Origin: Raillietiella orientalis
Taxonomy: Eukaryota
Direction of reading: 5' to 3'
NCBI GenBank assembly: GCA_036172245.1
Contig: JAYWIR010000035.1
Coordinates: forward strand, 248,001 to 312,000
Length of the DNA stretch: 64,000 bases
The notes below the pieces were generated by a model, which was given only the letters and a program-made list of their open reading frames with translations, did no database searches and was not told the DNA's origin. Numbering within the stretch: the first letter of the stretch is position 1; every line of letters starts with the position of its first letter. The translations under genes and the position numbers were made by a program. Below are positions 13,388-27,352 of the stretch, piece by piece.

Positions 13388-14649
13388 AAGAAATCTCCGA
13401 GCATCTTTTCAACACAAGCGCAGAGTTAAAATTCGAGTGTTTAGGAACACATCGAAGGGGCACCCTGAATTGCACCAAACCAAGTACCGTGTTGCACCAG
13501 CCACCATCCCGAAAAATTACGCACGACTACTGTTTAATTTTTACGAAAAGGGGGAAGGGGTTGAGTTAAACCAAAAGAAAGGTAGTGTACAGTAATTCCT
13601 AACGTAGATTTGGGTCGGCTGCAAAGCCCCCCACCCATCCGGATGCAACACGGTACTTGGTAAGAGCGACAATCCATTCGCGGGAACACTTGGCGCGACG
13701 GAAGAGCGGAAACGCGTTCGCCATGTGTTTCCTTGGTACGAGCAAGAGAACTGAAGATGTCCAAGGTCGGATGTCGGCCAGCTATGCCCTGTACGGCAAC
13801 GGCTCGAAAAGGGGATCAAATTATGATACTCAGTACTCTTCTGTTGGGGAGCTCCGACTATCCGATGACGAGTGGGGCAATAGAAAACGGAAGGTGCTCC
13901 AACTTCAATCTCGAGTTGGAAACGCATACCAAAGATTCAAGAGAAAAGAAGAAAAAATCCCTCTATTCTTGTCATAAAAACCCATGAAATGAATGAAAAT
14001 ATCCACAGATGATGCATATTCACATTCACCAATTACTTTTCGAATGGATGGAATTCAGCTAAAAAAAATGCTAAAACAGTTCAGACGTGGTTATGTGCAA
14101 AGTGTTTTGGAAGCTTGTTTTTTCGTACCCGTTTGGAATTCGGCTGGAAACTTGAGTTCGAAAAGTGAGGTGATGTGAAGAAAATATTATTTTAAAGGTG
14201 CCATATCATCATTAAAATATCCGATCGTCAATACAGCCATAAAAGTATTCCGAACGTAGTCATACATAGCAAAAAGGGTGTACAGAACCTTCTCCTAAAG
14301 TCCATGTATATTTGCATAATGTAAAAAAGGTTACTGGACATTCTGTACGTGACAACAACAAGAGTTGTATGCTGCAATGGAAAAAGTGAATGCCAGCGAA
14401 ATTTGAAACCATATATTTAATATATTTTGCATTCTGCTATCAAAAATATGTTTCGAAATCGGAAATATCTTCACATTTTAGCTGAGGTTTTTGCTGAAGA
14501 GTAAGCTCCGGATTCTAAGGGAGAGACATCCATTAAACATGCAGAAAATTAAATATGAAGAAAACCAACATGTACTAGAAATCTGAACGTTATAACGATG
14601 CAGCCAGCATATTTGTAATGTATGATAAATAACAATCATATAGAAATAA

Positions 14650-17600
14650 TCATCTAAATTGAAACATAATTTCCATTTTGTAAATCAGGTGTAGTGAGTT
14701 TAGCTTATTAAAACTTTTTGTTTTAATAAGCTGCAGCACAAGTAGTTAAAAAATTATGCACATGTCAAAATATTTACCTTGAAGACATTCCACGCAATTA
14801 ATGAATCAGGGATCTTTTCAGCAGGCTGCTTTTGTAATAAACTAAATAAAACACCTAATATAAATGTGACTAAGCATCCTATTGCTGAATACCACATGTA
14901 CGAGATCTTGTACAAATAAAAGTAATCTTCAGAGCTGAAAAGAAATAAATACATGCTAGATCTCAAATGTTTTTTTTTTCCTGGTATTTATTTTGACTAA
15001 TATACAACGAAATGGTATTGGATGATATGATGAAAGTCTTGTTTATATAGGTTATAAATGAAATGTGAACATTAACAGTGAAGACAAAGAACTGCTCTGA
15101 TGACACAATTCATTATTTCTGAAATTTTATGGATTGTTATATTGTTATCTTCATTCTAGAAGTAGATACTTGAATAATTGGGGCAGTATAAGAAATCAAG
15201 GTTTACTATCTGTAAATTCTAGAACTTTTGTACGAAATGTACTGTGTTATTTGTTGTTCCATTCACAATAAATTTTAATCACAATGGGATTTCAAATCAT
15301 TTAAAGGAAATGAAAATCACCTGCAACATGAATACTTACAGAGGATTTCCGAAAGATGTGTAGTTGGCAGTCAGTGAACTGTTTTGGAAACACCCATCTG
15401 TACACTGTGGAGCAGCAGTTGGTTTTGGTTTTGGAGTACCAAACCCCATCCAGAAACATAGGACAAGACCAACAATATATCCAACTAATGCACCCTACAA
15501 GAAAGAAAGTATGCAGTAAAAAATGTATCAAATATAAACACATTCTGAAGTATCTCTTAAGAAGTTTGAATTTTAAGAATCTTAAGAAGTTCATTCAGTC
15601 CTAACATACAGATAAACCAAAGATTAGGGCTGCAAAAATAAACTGGTTGAACAATACTGAAGTGAGACCAAAGCTGTACTTTAGGAATCTTAATGATTAA
15701 TTGCAAGAATTCATCACTTTTCTTATCAGATAGTGTGAATGAAAATACAGACAAAAGATGTAGGGTGCATGAAAAATAATAATTCGTTGAAGTTCTAATA
15801 TTATTCATGAAATTGCAACAAATTCGAAAATTATGTCAGTTTTGTGCTAGCTTTACTTGGTAAAACTTGAGATTTATGCATGCCATGAAAGGTAGGGAAG
15901 CAAAATGTACACTGAGAATTATAGTGAAAGGATCACAAGTTCTGTACTTAATTTAGAAAACTTCTGGTGGGAAGTGACTGACTTCAAAAGCAATTAAGGT
16001 AGTTCTCTAGAACGTCTTGAAATGCTCAAGCATTGATCTGGGAGAAAGGACTGGAGTGAAACAAAATGTAAGGATTCTTGGCATAATTGAGGTTATTGAT
16101 TATACTGAACAATATGTGAAAGATACCTTAAGTCTTTCTTCATTCATGACACAGTTTCATCCAAAACGAGATTCTAGGAATGGTGAAGAGAAGTTCTTAC
16201 ACCCAAGTTTCCATTTACAGTACAGTGAGCAGAAGCAGTTAGCATGATATATGTTCAAGTAGGAATAAAGTAAAAGAATCTGAGTTTCATTTACTCTTAT
16301 GTATATAATGGTATGTTGTGTGGTGAAGAGAACAAGCTCCTATTTATCAAGAGACCAAAATATGAATAACAGTAATAACAAAACATAAATATGAAACAGT
16401 AAACAACTTAAATTGATGCAGTAACATAGATTACCAATTTTGTTGCACGTCTTAAGAACATTCCCAAGGAGAATAATCCAAGCATTGGTCCTCCTACAAC
16501 AGCAAAAACTGTAAGTGCAACTTGTAGCACATTTCCTAACAATTTTGCCACAAAGGCCAAGACAATGGCCAGGATGCTGAATGCACAAACAAGAATTTTA
16601 GAAGCATATGTTTTCTTCTTATCAGTCCATGATTTTGAAAATGCAACCTAAAACAAGAGTTGTTGTAAGTATTTTATCTGATATAAATACTCTTCATAAA
16701 TAATTTAAGCTATGCAGATTAGGGGTTTACAATGATTCTTGAACAATGATTCTCAAGAAAAAATGGGCTTGTCAAATACCAAATAGGCTACTGTACATTA
16801 GGAAGACATTTGTAGATTGTTTATGTTAACTTTTTTCTGATTGAATTTATTGTATGAAATGATTCTGTTTGACTGAACTGTTTATGGAGCCCAGGATAAT
16901 ACAATATGAATTCTTATGACTGGTTTCAAGTTCCAGTTTTATATGTAAAATAGAAATAATTGAACCAAACCATCAAATAGTCTTCTATGCAAACTGCTGC
17001 AAGACAATTTACAGTTGATGAGATGGAGCTCAGAGAACCAGAAAATAGTCCAGAAATAAACAACCCTGGTAATCCAGGAACAGATGACATTGTCTCCATG
17101 ACGAACAGGGGCATAAGCTAAGGAGAAAAACAGTGCATGTTCTTCAATTCTGCAAATTCCAACCATATAAATGTAAAACATCAAACACAAGTATGAAACA
17201 GAAAGTCTGTTGTTACATTTCAAAAATCAAATGAAAAGCTTTATTTGAGGAAGTCTTTATAAATTTAACGACCATTTTATTAATATTTTTCGGGATGACA
17301 ACAGTACAGTACCACAAAAACTGAAAGAATGAACACTAAAGGGAAAATCATGAACAGATGTAGTACATCCAAAAAGTACAAAAACGAAAAAATAAAGACA
17401 TGAGAAAACAATCTTAACTGAATGATGCACCCACCTGATCAGGTTTTTGTATTTGTCCTGTCACTATAGGATCACATTTAGCATAATGTGCGTAGATGAC
17501 TAAACCTGCAAAGCAGGTGCTTAAGCTTAATGTACTAAGTATTGGCCACTGTATCCAGAGAGCTTTTTGAGCATTTTTCACAGTACTGCAAAAACAAGTT

Positions 17601-20418
17601 ATTACCCATGAAAGATTTACAATGATTACCTCACTGTAAGGAGACGTTGAACTTGGGTTTGGCTCACTCCATACAAGGATAAATACAGAAAGATTCCTCC
17701 AATACCTAATGACCACACTGTATGACGAATGGTTGGATCAAAATCAAAGCTAAAAAAAAAAAGGCTTCGTTAATTCGTATTTTTGGTTATTCTATCTGCA
17801 TAAATGCTGTATGACCAAAGATTAATAGTGCTTTATCTAGGAAAATCCTAATAGCTAATGCTACTAATAGATACAATTCTACTGTTTCATATGTATAACA
17901 TGGAATAATTAGGATCTGCTGTGTAATTATGGCACATACTGCTGAACAGAATTCACAAAAATCCCAATTTTCAAGAACTCAAACTATCATTTAGAATATA
18001 CATAAATAATTAATACTGAGTATTCAAATCATGTTTACAACTATCTGGAGAAATACTTGATGTAGAAAAGTCAAAAACAGAAGTATTTCAAAAAAACCCT
18101 AAGGCATATATGGCATTTTTGATTTGCACTTCACACCTACATTTCAAACAATTAGTTCAAACAAATTTATCCATGTAATTACAGACAAATCAGTTTTGCA
18201 AGTTGTGCACAGTAACATACTTCAAGGGCTGGATTCTCTCTCCATCATTTGAAATTCTCCAAATCTTTCCCAATCCACCGATTTCTAAGGAGCCAGCAAT
18301 AATTATGGCCCAAATTGCAGCAAACATGAGAACAGACTGAAATTGCAATTTTTAACCAATGGAACTAAAGGAAATTTTAATTTAGATTAAATTTTTAATC
18401 AATGGAACAAATCGCAATTGCTGTTACTAAAGTAATAAAAAAGATATCAACAATGAAAAATCGACTTATTGGAATGAAAGCTCTTTTATTGCTGTAACAA
18501 AAAATTTGAGAAACTCCGCAAATCACAAATACATAAACCAAAATTAACCTGTTGTTTTACAAATATGATCACAAAAAACTTCAAATCATATTCATGCAAC
18601 TGTTCTCAAAATCACATTTTGCTATTTAAAAATGCTTTGAAATATTTTGTTCATGAAGATTCTGATAAAAAAGGGAACTAAACTGATTTTACTTGAGTTG
18701 AATACAGAGAAACAATAAAGTAAAACTGTTGCCTCTCATATGCAATACTCAAACATTCAAATAGATTAAAATATGCAGTTTACATGTTCATGAAAAAAAT
18801 GCTGAAAGGAATTATGTGAAAAATGAAGATTAGTTTTTGATCAATACTTTGTTTGAAAGCTTTAGCAGATGGTTTACCAAAAAATTCGTATGTTTCCAGA
18901 TGAATTACTTTTTCTCTACTTCAGATTTGAAAATGACTCAAAAGACTACTGCATTTAAGTCACAAGAATTTTAACCACTTGGTTATCACCTCCTATTTTA
19001 AAAAATGTTTGCCCAACAATTTGAAGCTCCACAAAATTGAATAATGCTTTAGAAATATTACTAAAGAATTCATCAATAATTTTCGTATTACTTCAAAACC
19101 AAGTTCAGATGCAGGCACTGTTTCTGATGATTGTCTAACTGTGCATATTAAAGAATCTAGAATAGAAAACCTTAACACGATCCAAAATTTTTCCTGATTT
19201 AATTTTAAATAATTTATAATACACAAGTGTGCTAAAATCAAAGCTTTCTAAGTATGGCATAGTATTCTTACAAAGCTCAGTTTTAATGTAGAATGCTGCT
19301 GAAACATTCATCATTTGGATATCTAATATGCAAAAACCAGAATTCCATTTTACAGCTATCTCTTGTTTACTGATTTGAATCAAGAAGTTCTGATTCATAA
19401 GGACTATGATTACCACAATTGAAGAGCTGTAAGTCACAAGATCACTTAAAAACACAAACTTCATCAATCTGCCATTGCTAAACTATTGCAAGCAAAGAAA
19501 ATCCTAATTATCAAAAAAAAATCAAGTGTGCACTGAAAAGCACTGTGCAACTAATGGAGTAGCCAATGCTGACAGATTTAAGAAGAAATCTGAAATGAAC
19601 TTTTTCTGAATATAATAGATTTAACATAAACACCTCTGACATGTTAAATTAGAAGCAATGTTGAGCATTCAGCAACTTTCAAGTTATTTTAAGTATATTT
19701 CAGTGATTATTTCAGCCCAAATAATATCAACACTGTCTTTCAATACTTACTTGAAACACATCAGTAATAAGCACAGCTTTCATTCCGCCAATTGTAGAAT
19801 AAAATGCACATACTATTCCAATTGATAAGATAGAAAATTCTATGCTAAGACTTGTAACTGCTGCTAATGCTAATGCTGGTGCATAAAGAACTATACCAAC
19901 ATATAATACCATTTGAAGAATATACGTAAAGGAGGCTACATATTTCACTAAACTTCCGAATCGTTTTTCTAAATACTAAAAAATAAGCCAGATTGGTTCT
20001 ATACCCCACTTTTACGATGTTGTATCATAAATACCTGATAAACACTTGTTATATCAAGATTGTAGAAAACTGGTAAATATATATATGCTGCAATTGGTGT
20101 TGCTAATAAATAAGCAATATTTATCAATGCAAAATGTATTCCGTACATATAAATTTCTGCAGACACTCCTAAAAGAGTAATAGCTGACATCAGACTTGCC
20201 ATCAAGGAAAATGCTACTGGTAAAAAATTCATGCTTTGTCCAGCTAACAAGTATTCCTAGAAATTTTCCCATGGAAAATTGTTTACTCAGAAACACTGTA
20301 TACGTACTTGAGAAGTTCTCTGTCTCCCACCAGTCATTCTGTAATAAATACCTATACCTGCAGAAATTATGAGACATAATGAAAATACAACATAATCTGC
20401 TATGCTAAAAAATGCCAT
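14650..20418 (-). CDS. SLC5 sodium:solute symporter, sodium-coupled monocarboxylate/multivitamin transporter-like (SLC5A6/A8/A12 group)
   Basis: Eleven in-phase GT-AG exons: 20308-20418, 20035-20256, 19751-19975, 18221-18336, 17630-17749, 17435-17585, 16971-17117, 16435-16647, 15340-15494, 14778-14934 and 14650-14730 (last exon tentative). Motifs include [106 protein letters not shown] and ISYMWYS. Confidence 0.95.
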
Positions 20419-22905
20419 TATTGTTGCAGTATCAAGCTATGGTATTAAATATGGAGGAACTCTGCACAGGATCCAAACCTTTCAATAATTTCGGCGCTCT
20501 AATCTACAAAAGGGAAAACAATACTTGCAATAATAGGAAAATGCATGAACTCTATAGATGGATGTAATATGGACTCAAATCGCAATAATTACGATAAAAC
20601 ATGGCAAACGCATCAATATTTTATCACTGATATGGTCTTATCATTCGATATAAATTCCCGCAATTGTGCAATTCATGGACTTAAATAATTTATTCCATGA
20701 ACGTTTGAAGTTTACCGCCGTGGTCATGATTAATTTATAAACAGCCTGCAAATGGAAAGTGAACGCTTGAAAACTTTGCTGCTAAGTCTTTCACTAAATA
20801 CTTTATGCATTCATTCATTTTTTCATGGAAAGTTTTCCATTTGAAGTAGAAATTTTCCAAATCACATTTCGAAGGATTAGGACTTAAAGTATGCGAATAT
20901 ACAATAATTTACAAATTAATTTGAGCTCACTACTATATGAAAGAGAGCACTCTATTTCATACACTTCGCATGCACACTTAATTCTTCTTCATAGAAGGAA
21001 ATAAGCAAGAATAATTGTCAGAAAGAGCTAGGTTCTCAATACTAAGTCCACAACCCACAAATCAATACAAAATAAATTTATACAATTGTCTATTTCATGC
21101 TTTAACTGGACTACTTCTTTAAATGGAGGTTTACATGAAACCATATGAGCATGTTATTTGAAAATTTCCTACACTGACATTCAAACACATACACATTTGG
21201 CTTCTTCAGGCACTGTTGAATGTTTCCACAAGCAGCTATGTGAGTAAAATTTTCATGACTTTGACAAATTGACTTCTCAGATACTTCTTGCTGATCTCAG
21301 ATACTTCTAGAACGAACTCAATGAACTCGGGCTTTCATGACCCCATCGACCTCGGGTTTTAATCACCTCATTGACTTCTGACAAGGGCAACGTCTCTTTA
21401 AGGGCGAACGCTGCGCAGGTGATCTATTTGCATACATGATTCTAGGATCACTGAAAATAAAGACCTGAAACCTTGAAAATTCAGGGTTTAGGGCAGACAC
21501 AGTAAGGGCAACAAGCAAGGAGGAAGGGAAAAACACAAAACAAATTGGATCATTGCGATGCCAATCATCAGAAAGTGTGAAAACAATAATTGCATTAGGA
21601 TTTAACATGCTTTTCACCAAACATGCATTAAGAAACACTACGATCATTAATACCGATATTCTTAAAAGTATTCGAAAAATTTATTCGCCTCAAAGAATTT
21701 CTTCTGTAATGGAACCCAAAAGGTTGCCAGAAATCAACTTTTTGTGTACTCATTCATAATTTAAATAGATTTATTATGCTTTTGATAACGATGCTTCCTT
21801 ACAAGGGAGTTGAGACAAAATGCATATGCAAGTGAAACTGCAGATGCTATTATGTAGCAATAAATGCTCCTCGAACATGTAAGAAAGGAAAAAGAGGAAA
21901 AAAGTGGCAGCTTATTTTACCTATTAGTTATCTCACGGTCTTTCAGTTAACCCGATCACACTAATTCCACAACTGAGCCTGCATTAAAATATAACTGCTA
22001 CTGTTCATTCACTGTACGTGAGATATACGCTAAGTTCAATTTTGCTTCTACTATTGCTATTGCCATCGATCCATGAATAAATAACTGGGTGGCCTAGTTC
22101 CAACCTGGTGTCATCAAGCTACTCATCGAGTAGTAACAATATTCCATTTTCTCAGGTGTTGAAACCTAATCAAGTAAAGTGAGTCGAAACAATGACGATG
22201 ATTTGCAAATCAGAAATGAAATAAATGATTTATTTCGATGACAGCCAACCTGTCAACAATTTCCATTCAAATACAATCATTTAGTTATTTTTGAAAGGGA
22301 ACCCTAGTTTAGTGAATTGAAACTCTTAAGCTAACTTATCAATGGAACCAAATAAAACAATGCTTAAATGACGAAATTTACCTAGAGCTTCCAAATCACC
22401 TACTAACTAGGACAAAAAAGCAAGCAACATTTTTTGATTCTGGAACATTCCGGCAATCTCATACCGCTTAATGGATACTTTTTGTGTGTGTTATATCAGT
22501 TTCGCTTACCACTGCTACTGGTATCCATGCATAACATTGGATAATGAGATGATTGGTTTGATGCCTTCGGACCACACATTTTGCTGCTCATCGAGTCACC
22601 CAACGTCTGTTTTCTCAGCTGTTGGGAACCTAAGGACGTAGTCTCAATTTGGTCAACGTTTTCAAGATGAGAGGCAGAAAAAACAAGAAAGATTTTTTTG
22701 ATTAAAAGGATTTATAAACTATGGGTTGAAATACGCCATTGGCAAATAGATTCATTGATCAGAATAGTTGAAAAGAGTAGAAAAACTCACCTGCTGAAGG
22801 CTTTTTAGAGTAATCTATTTAAAATCGAGTTTGCGGTGGAATAATTACTGCTCCCAACAGTGATCATTCCATACAGATAGGTGCATGACAGCTCAACGCT
22901 TATCA

Positions 22906-22913
22906 TATCGATA
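22906..22913. promoter_or_regulatory. DRE-like core promoter motif TATCGATA, possibly at the SLC5 transcription start
   Basis: An exact TATCGATA palindrome lies ~115 bp upstream (on -) of a strong CAG|GTGAGT donor at 22791. That donor could close a non-coding first exon of the SLC5 gene. The linkage is inferred. Confidence 0.3.
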
Positions 22914-25719
22914 TCATAAATGGCACAGAAACTGGCAGTTCTCAACCGAATTCAGGATGTTTTAGTTGCCTATCGCGATTTCCATACTCAATGAAAAGGA
23001 CTTCCTGAATTTCCATTTCTAACAAAAATGGAATTTTTTTCAACAAATAATTCTGAGCCCAATGTTCGAGCCTCTCCCAATTTCTGCTTTCACCAGTGAA
23101 ATGTTCTCTTCAGGGAATACCGTGAATTAAAAACTCTGTAATCATAAAAAGGCTATTTTCGTTGGCACTTCCACGCCAGCACAATAGCTTTATCCAAGTA
23201 ATGTTACTTTCTTGAGAAAGCTGTAGATTTCCTGATCTATTTCTTCTTCTTGGTATTTAATTACGACTAACCAATCGTTTCTCCATAGATGAATTTGCTT
23301 CTTCGAAGGCAAGAAGTTACTTTTATATAAACAAATGAAAATTTCTTATAGAAAATCTTTAACCCGAAGATGAGACTTCGGCGTGCACTTTCTACAAATG
23401 CAACAAATTTCGTCCGGTTCTATTACTGCTTCTATGGATCTCAAAGAATCAAGAATTCTGTCTTTTGTTGTTTCTACGGATAGGATGCATGCATCTTTCA
23501 TGTTGGGAACCGCCCGTCTGGCTTATCTGGAAGATAATTCCGAAAAAGCTCAAAATAAGAACTCATTTTCGCTTCAATGAAATGCGTTTTTAAGGTTCCA
23601 AAAACTATGAACTTTTCATTTTTTTTTTCCGTCTGCCGAACACGTATGTTCCTTCATAAATTCAACGAACAAAGAGGAAAAAACATGTACTTGGATTTAT
23701 TTCTACCTTTCCTTTTGAAACTTCTGAACTCTTATTCGGCATTCTGCATCAAGCTATTCGCAATGAACTACCGTTGCTTTTAGTTACAAAGCAGATTTTC
23801 AATAGGTTTGTAAATGAATTACCAAGAAGAATGTAACGAGAGAAAAAGGGATTCGAGCTCTTTGTTCACTTGGGGAGTGCTCGTGTGGTATTCCAGGTGA
23901 ATCGAGTTCCACATACATTCGAGGGGCAGCACGAAAAGCCTCAACCCCACATTTTTTTTCTTTTTTAAAATGCTTTTGTTGCTTGCGATGCACTCGACGC
24001 AAACTCCGGAAAGTGAATCTGAGCACAGGGTTCCCACTCTAATTGAACGTCCAAAATCATGACTCGAAAAAATGAAGGGGGGACTTCTGAGGGCCGTGCG
24101 GCGGAAAGCGGGGCCAGGGTTAAGCAAGTCTCTGAGAGTTTCAAGCAGCTGGGAAATGCTCACGTGATGTAGAGATCAAAGCAAAATAAGCAGGAGGATG
24201 AAGGATCGAGCAGTGGCGATTATTCCTTCTTTTTTTTTTTTTTCAGAATTGGGATTCTGTTTTAGTTGCGCTTTCCAGTCTACTCTTTCAGCCTTCGCAT
24301 TTACTGACTGGATGAAAAAAACGCAGCAGGAAAATTCAAAAATTGTGATGCGTGGAGATTCCACCGGCAGATTAAGCTACGCGTCACCAACATGTGCGAG
24401 TTTTCCTATGTGGGGACCGCGTTCCCTGCATCTGCAGTGGCTCTCGAGAGCGCCGCTTCCCTATTTTTCCATTTTCACGCGCTACATCGCCAATTGGTAT
24501 CGACCCCGCAATCAAGACTCTCCATTTTTCCTTTCTACCTACTTGTTGGAAAGGGAAGCCTCCCAGCATTCACTCCATGGGAGCGTGCCGTGTTCCTGAC
24601 TGCACTGTGCCCGCTAGTAGTAGCTCCAGAGCAGATAGCTACCGTCTCTTGGAGATCATCAGCTCAGGTGACGATAGATCGGCGGAGTCGAGTTCCACAT
24701 TCCCATGGTTGGCGGGCACTTTACTGAGAAAGGCCTCACGTTTCCCAGAAAAGTAGGGGAGGCGTGGGAGAGGGCAGGTTTCCGGAAGCGAAGATAATGC
24801 TGAAGCACCGGAATCTGGTTTGAGTATTCTTTGCACTTGCGATCCCAACAAATTGAAACGAAGGGAAGAGGCACAATCTTCCGTCCACGTGCTGACGAAT
24901 GGGTACGGATTGGGTGGGGGACGGGCTGCTGCACGATGGATCCTCGGAAACCAAACTGCCCGCAGTCCGATCACTCAACACGCAAAGGATTCATCTCCGC
25001 CTCCTTCCCTTGCGGAGGACTGACGAAAACTAGCTATGTTTCACGTTGGCATTACGAGGTCACCGGAGCCCCAGCGTATGATCTAACGCAGATGCCTCGG
25101 AAAAGCGGACCGTGTGAAGTGATCGAGGGTCGAGGCTATCGGGAGCACCTTCGGTGGGAAGCCCTGCTGCCACCTGTTGAGAGTGCACTCCCTTCGTCAT
25201 CCAGTAGCTGCGCGTTCCGGTGACGCAACGCGCCTTTGGATTCGTGCGAGCACACGCGGCTTGTACGCACGGACTTTCCGCGCATATCGTCGCCGCATGC
25301 ACTCTTGCCATGTGTGAGCGCGCGCGAAACGTGCAGCTCGCGCACGGTAAAAGACGTGCACCGTACGGCGTGCGCGTGCCGGACTCTTCCACGGCACAGC
25401 GAGCGAAAACAATCCCACCACCCCGAACAACATGGGAGAAGAGGAGGGGGCCTTTAATGACTCCACCTGAAGATGTACAGGGGCCGACACGGGCAACTTC
25501 CCTTTCCCCCCCACTTCGTGGAGTTTTCCGACAAACTCCTAATTTGACCCCCTTCTTTATCGAGTCTTCTTCATCCCCTGTCTCTCTTGTTTCCAGGAAG
25601 AAATCCTGAAGGACCGCTCGCACCCTTAGGAGGAGCATCGGAGAGCTCGAAAATACTGCCACATGGGAGGGGGGGTTCACAAGGCTCTTGTAACACCGTC
25701 CACTCTCACCATCCGAAGG

Positions 25720-26210
25720 TGCGTTCCACGTTCACCCCCTAGGGACTACCCTCATTGGTCCGGGAGGGCTTCGAAGGAAGGAGTCCGTTCTTCTCTCACT
25801 CTTGGGAGGGAACCCCAAAGGGAACCTCTCTCTTATTCTCTCCATGCGCTGCATTGCGGTCCTCGCTAACCTGGAGGGACCCCTAGGTTTGCGAGGGCCG
25901 CTCCTGGTTTCTTATCCGGAGGGGGGCCGCAGGGACGCCTCCAATTCTCTCTGAGGGGCGCTCCCCGAAGACGGCTTCCTACCAATGCCGCGCCCGTGGG
26001 CCAACCCGCGTCACTCTGCAGGAAGGGGTGGACTCACAGCCCATGGCGCACCCCCCACCCCCTTCTCGGAGCCGATACTTCGCCGGGCGGGATTCGAACC
26101 CACGACGCTCGATGCCGCGCGCAGCAGCCACACGGCCGCTAATACGGGCCTCGCCCGCAACGGCACAGGAAGAGGAAGCAAGGAACTTCGCTCCTGGGGA
26201 AAAATGACTT
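25720..26210 (-). ncRNA. tRNA-headed, hairpin-rich element, copy 1 (putative Pol III RNA or SINE-like)
   Basis: Minus strand reads GGCCGTGTGG (A-box-like) ... AGCGTCGTGGGTTCGAATCCCGC (B box with an intact T-arm, ~26087-26109), then GC-rich hairpins. It shows blockwise homology to 48050-48645. Confidence 0.55.
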
Positions 26211-27352
26211 ACGTTCTGAATGCAGCTGCTATGAACACCACGACACCGGCACCGTGGGGAGCGAACCTGGACGCCCCCCCTTTCTTGTGACGGACTCTTG
26301 AAGTGGAGATGAGTTTCCCTCGCGCACACCCGATGCCACGCGTTGCATGAAGCGAGCAGGGTAGGGGTTGGGCAGAGGACTGCGGGCAACCGGGATGCAG
26401 CCCGCACGAGCTCAACTGCCACTGGCTGCGCATGTGTTCCTGGAAGAGTCGTCACCATCTGCTGTTCTGCCGAAGCCTCAAGGGGTCGGGGATCCCGAGG
26501 TTCGTCTCGAAGAGGTTCATCTGCCGTCATGTTCCCGGGAGGGGGGTGGAGCCTATCAAGACGCGCACACGTGTTGGTGCACGGAGGAGGAAGAGGGGGG
26601 GGAGAAGCACGCGTGGCCTTGCAGTGCGCCTCCTCGAGGGGGCGCCTCAGGGGTGCCTACTGAAGGGTGAGCATCGTGTAGGAGGAGGAGTTGGTCCGAG
26701 CCATTCCGGCGTCCGGCCGCACTCGGGAAAGCTGTCGTCCCAGACGCGTGCGGGAGCGACTGCGTCCTTCGCCGCAAGCCTCTCTGCCGGAGGGGAGAAT
26801 CGTCCTGAGAAGGGAGACTCCCATGAAATTCCTCTAGGCGATGGGCTGATGGGGGAGGAGGAGGTCGCGAGGTCACACGCTCCCCTTACTAGCCTCGGTT
26901 CTTACTGCCGCCTGTCAGTCTGTCGCCATCTCAGACAGCGGTGCAAACAGCGGTCCGGTGCGTCCCCCCCCCTTTCTTCTTTACAGGATCGGGAAGGAAG
27001 GGGGAGGGGACAGGACAGCAATTCACCCGAGGAGGGAGCGAAATTACGGAACTGGGAGCCGCCACCATCCTCTTCAACTCAGGAGACCTCGCGGGAATGT
27101 CAGGCTGTTCCGGAAAGGGAGGCGGTAGACGACGGCTGTGCTCGTCTGTGCAGGGACGGAGAGAGCTGTCGATCGCGATAGATCCTGGAGGCGGCAGGAT
27201 CGAGCGCTTCCTCTTTTCTCAGGGAAACCTCCCAGGTCGCGAGAGCAGAAGCCGCCGCCACCCCTTACACCATCTTCCTGCCCCTTCCCGATCCGTGCGC
27301 GTGCGCTCACGCCCTCCTGTCTCCCGAATCGCTGGCCGACCGGCGATCCTTC

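Noticed and set aside
13657..13987. Tyrosine recombinase fragment (LCPVR) or a real ORF
   Set aside because: A single five-residue motif with no supporting R-H-R-Y residues, and the overlapping ORFs have no recognisable family.
25866..25872. Telomerase RNA template for TTAGG (CTAACCT)
   Set aside because: Only 7 nt, expected by chance, and on the strand opposite the Pol III boxes.
26081..26150. Functional tRNA gene
   Set aside because: The T-arm and B box are good, but no convincing acceptor, D or anticodon stems can be formed. Treated as tRNA-derived.
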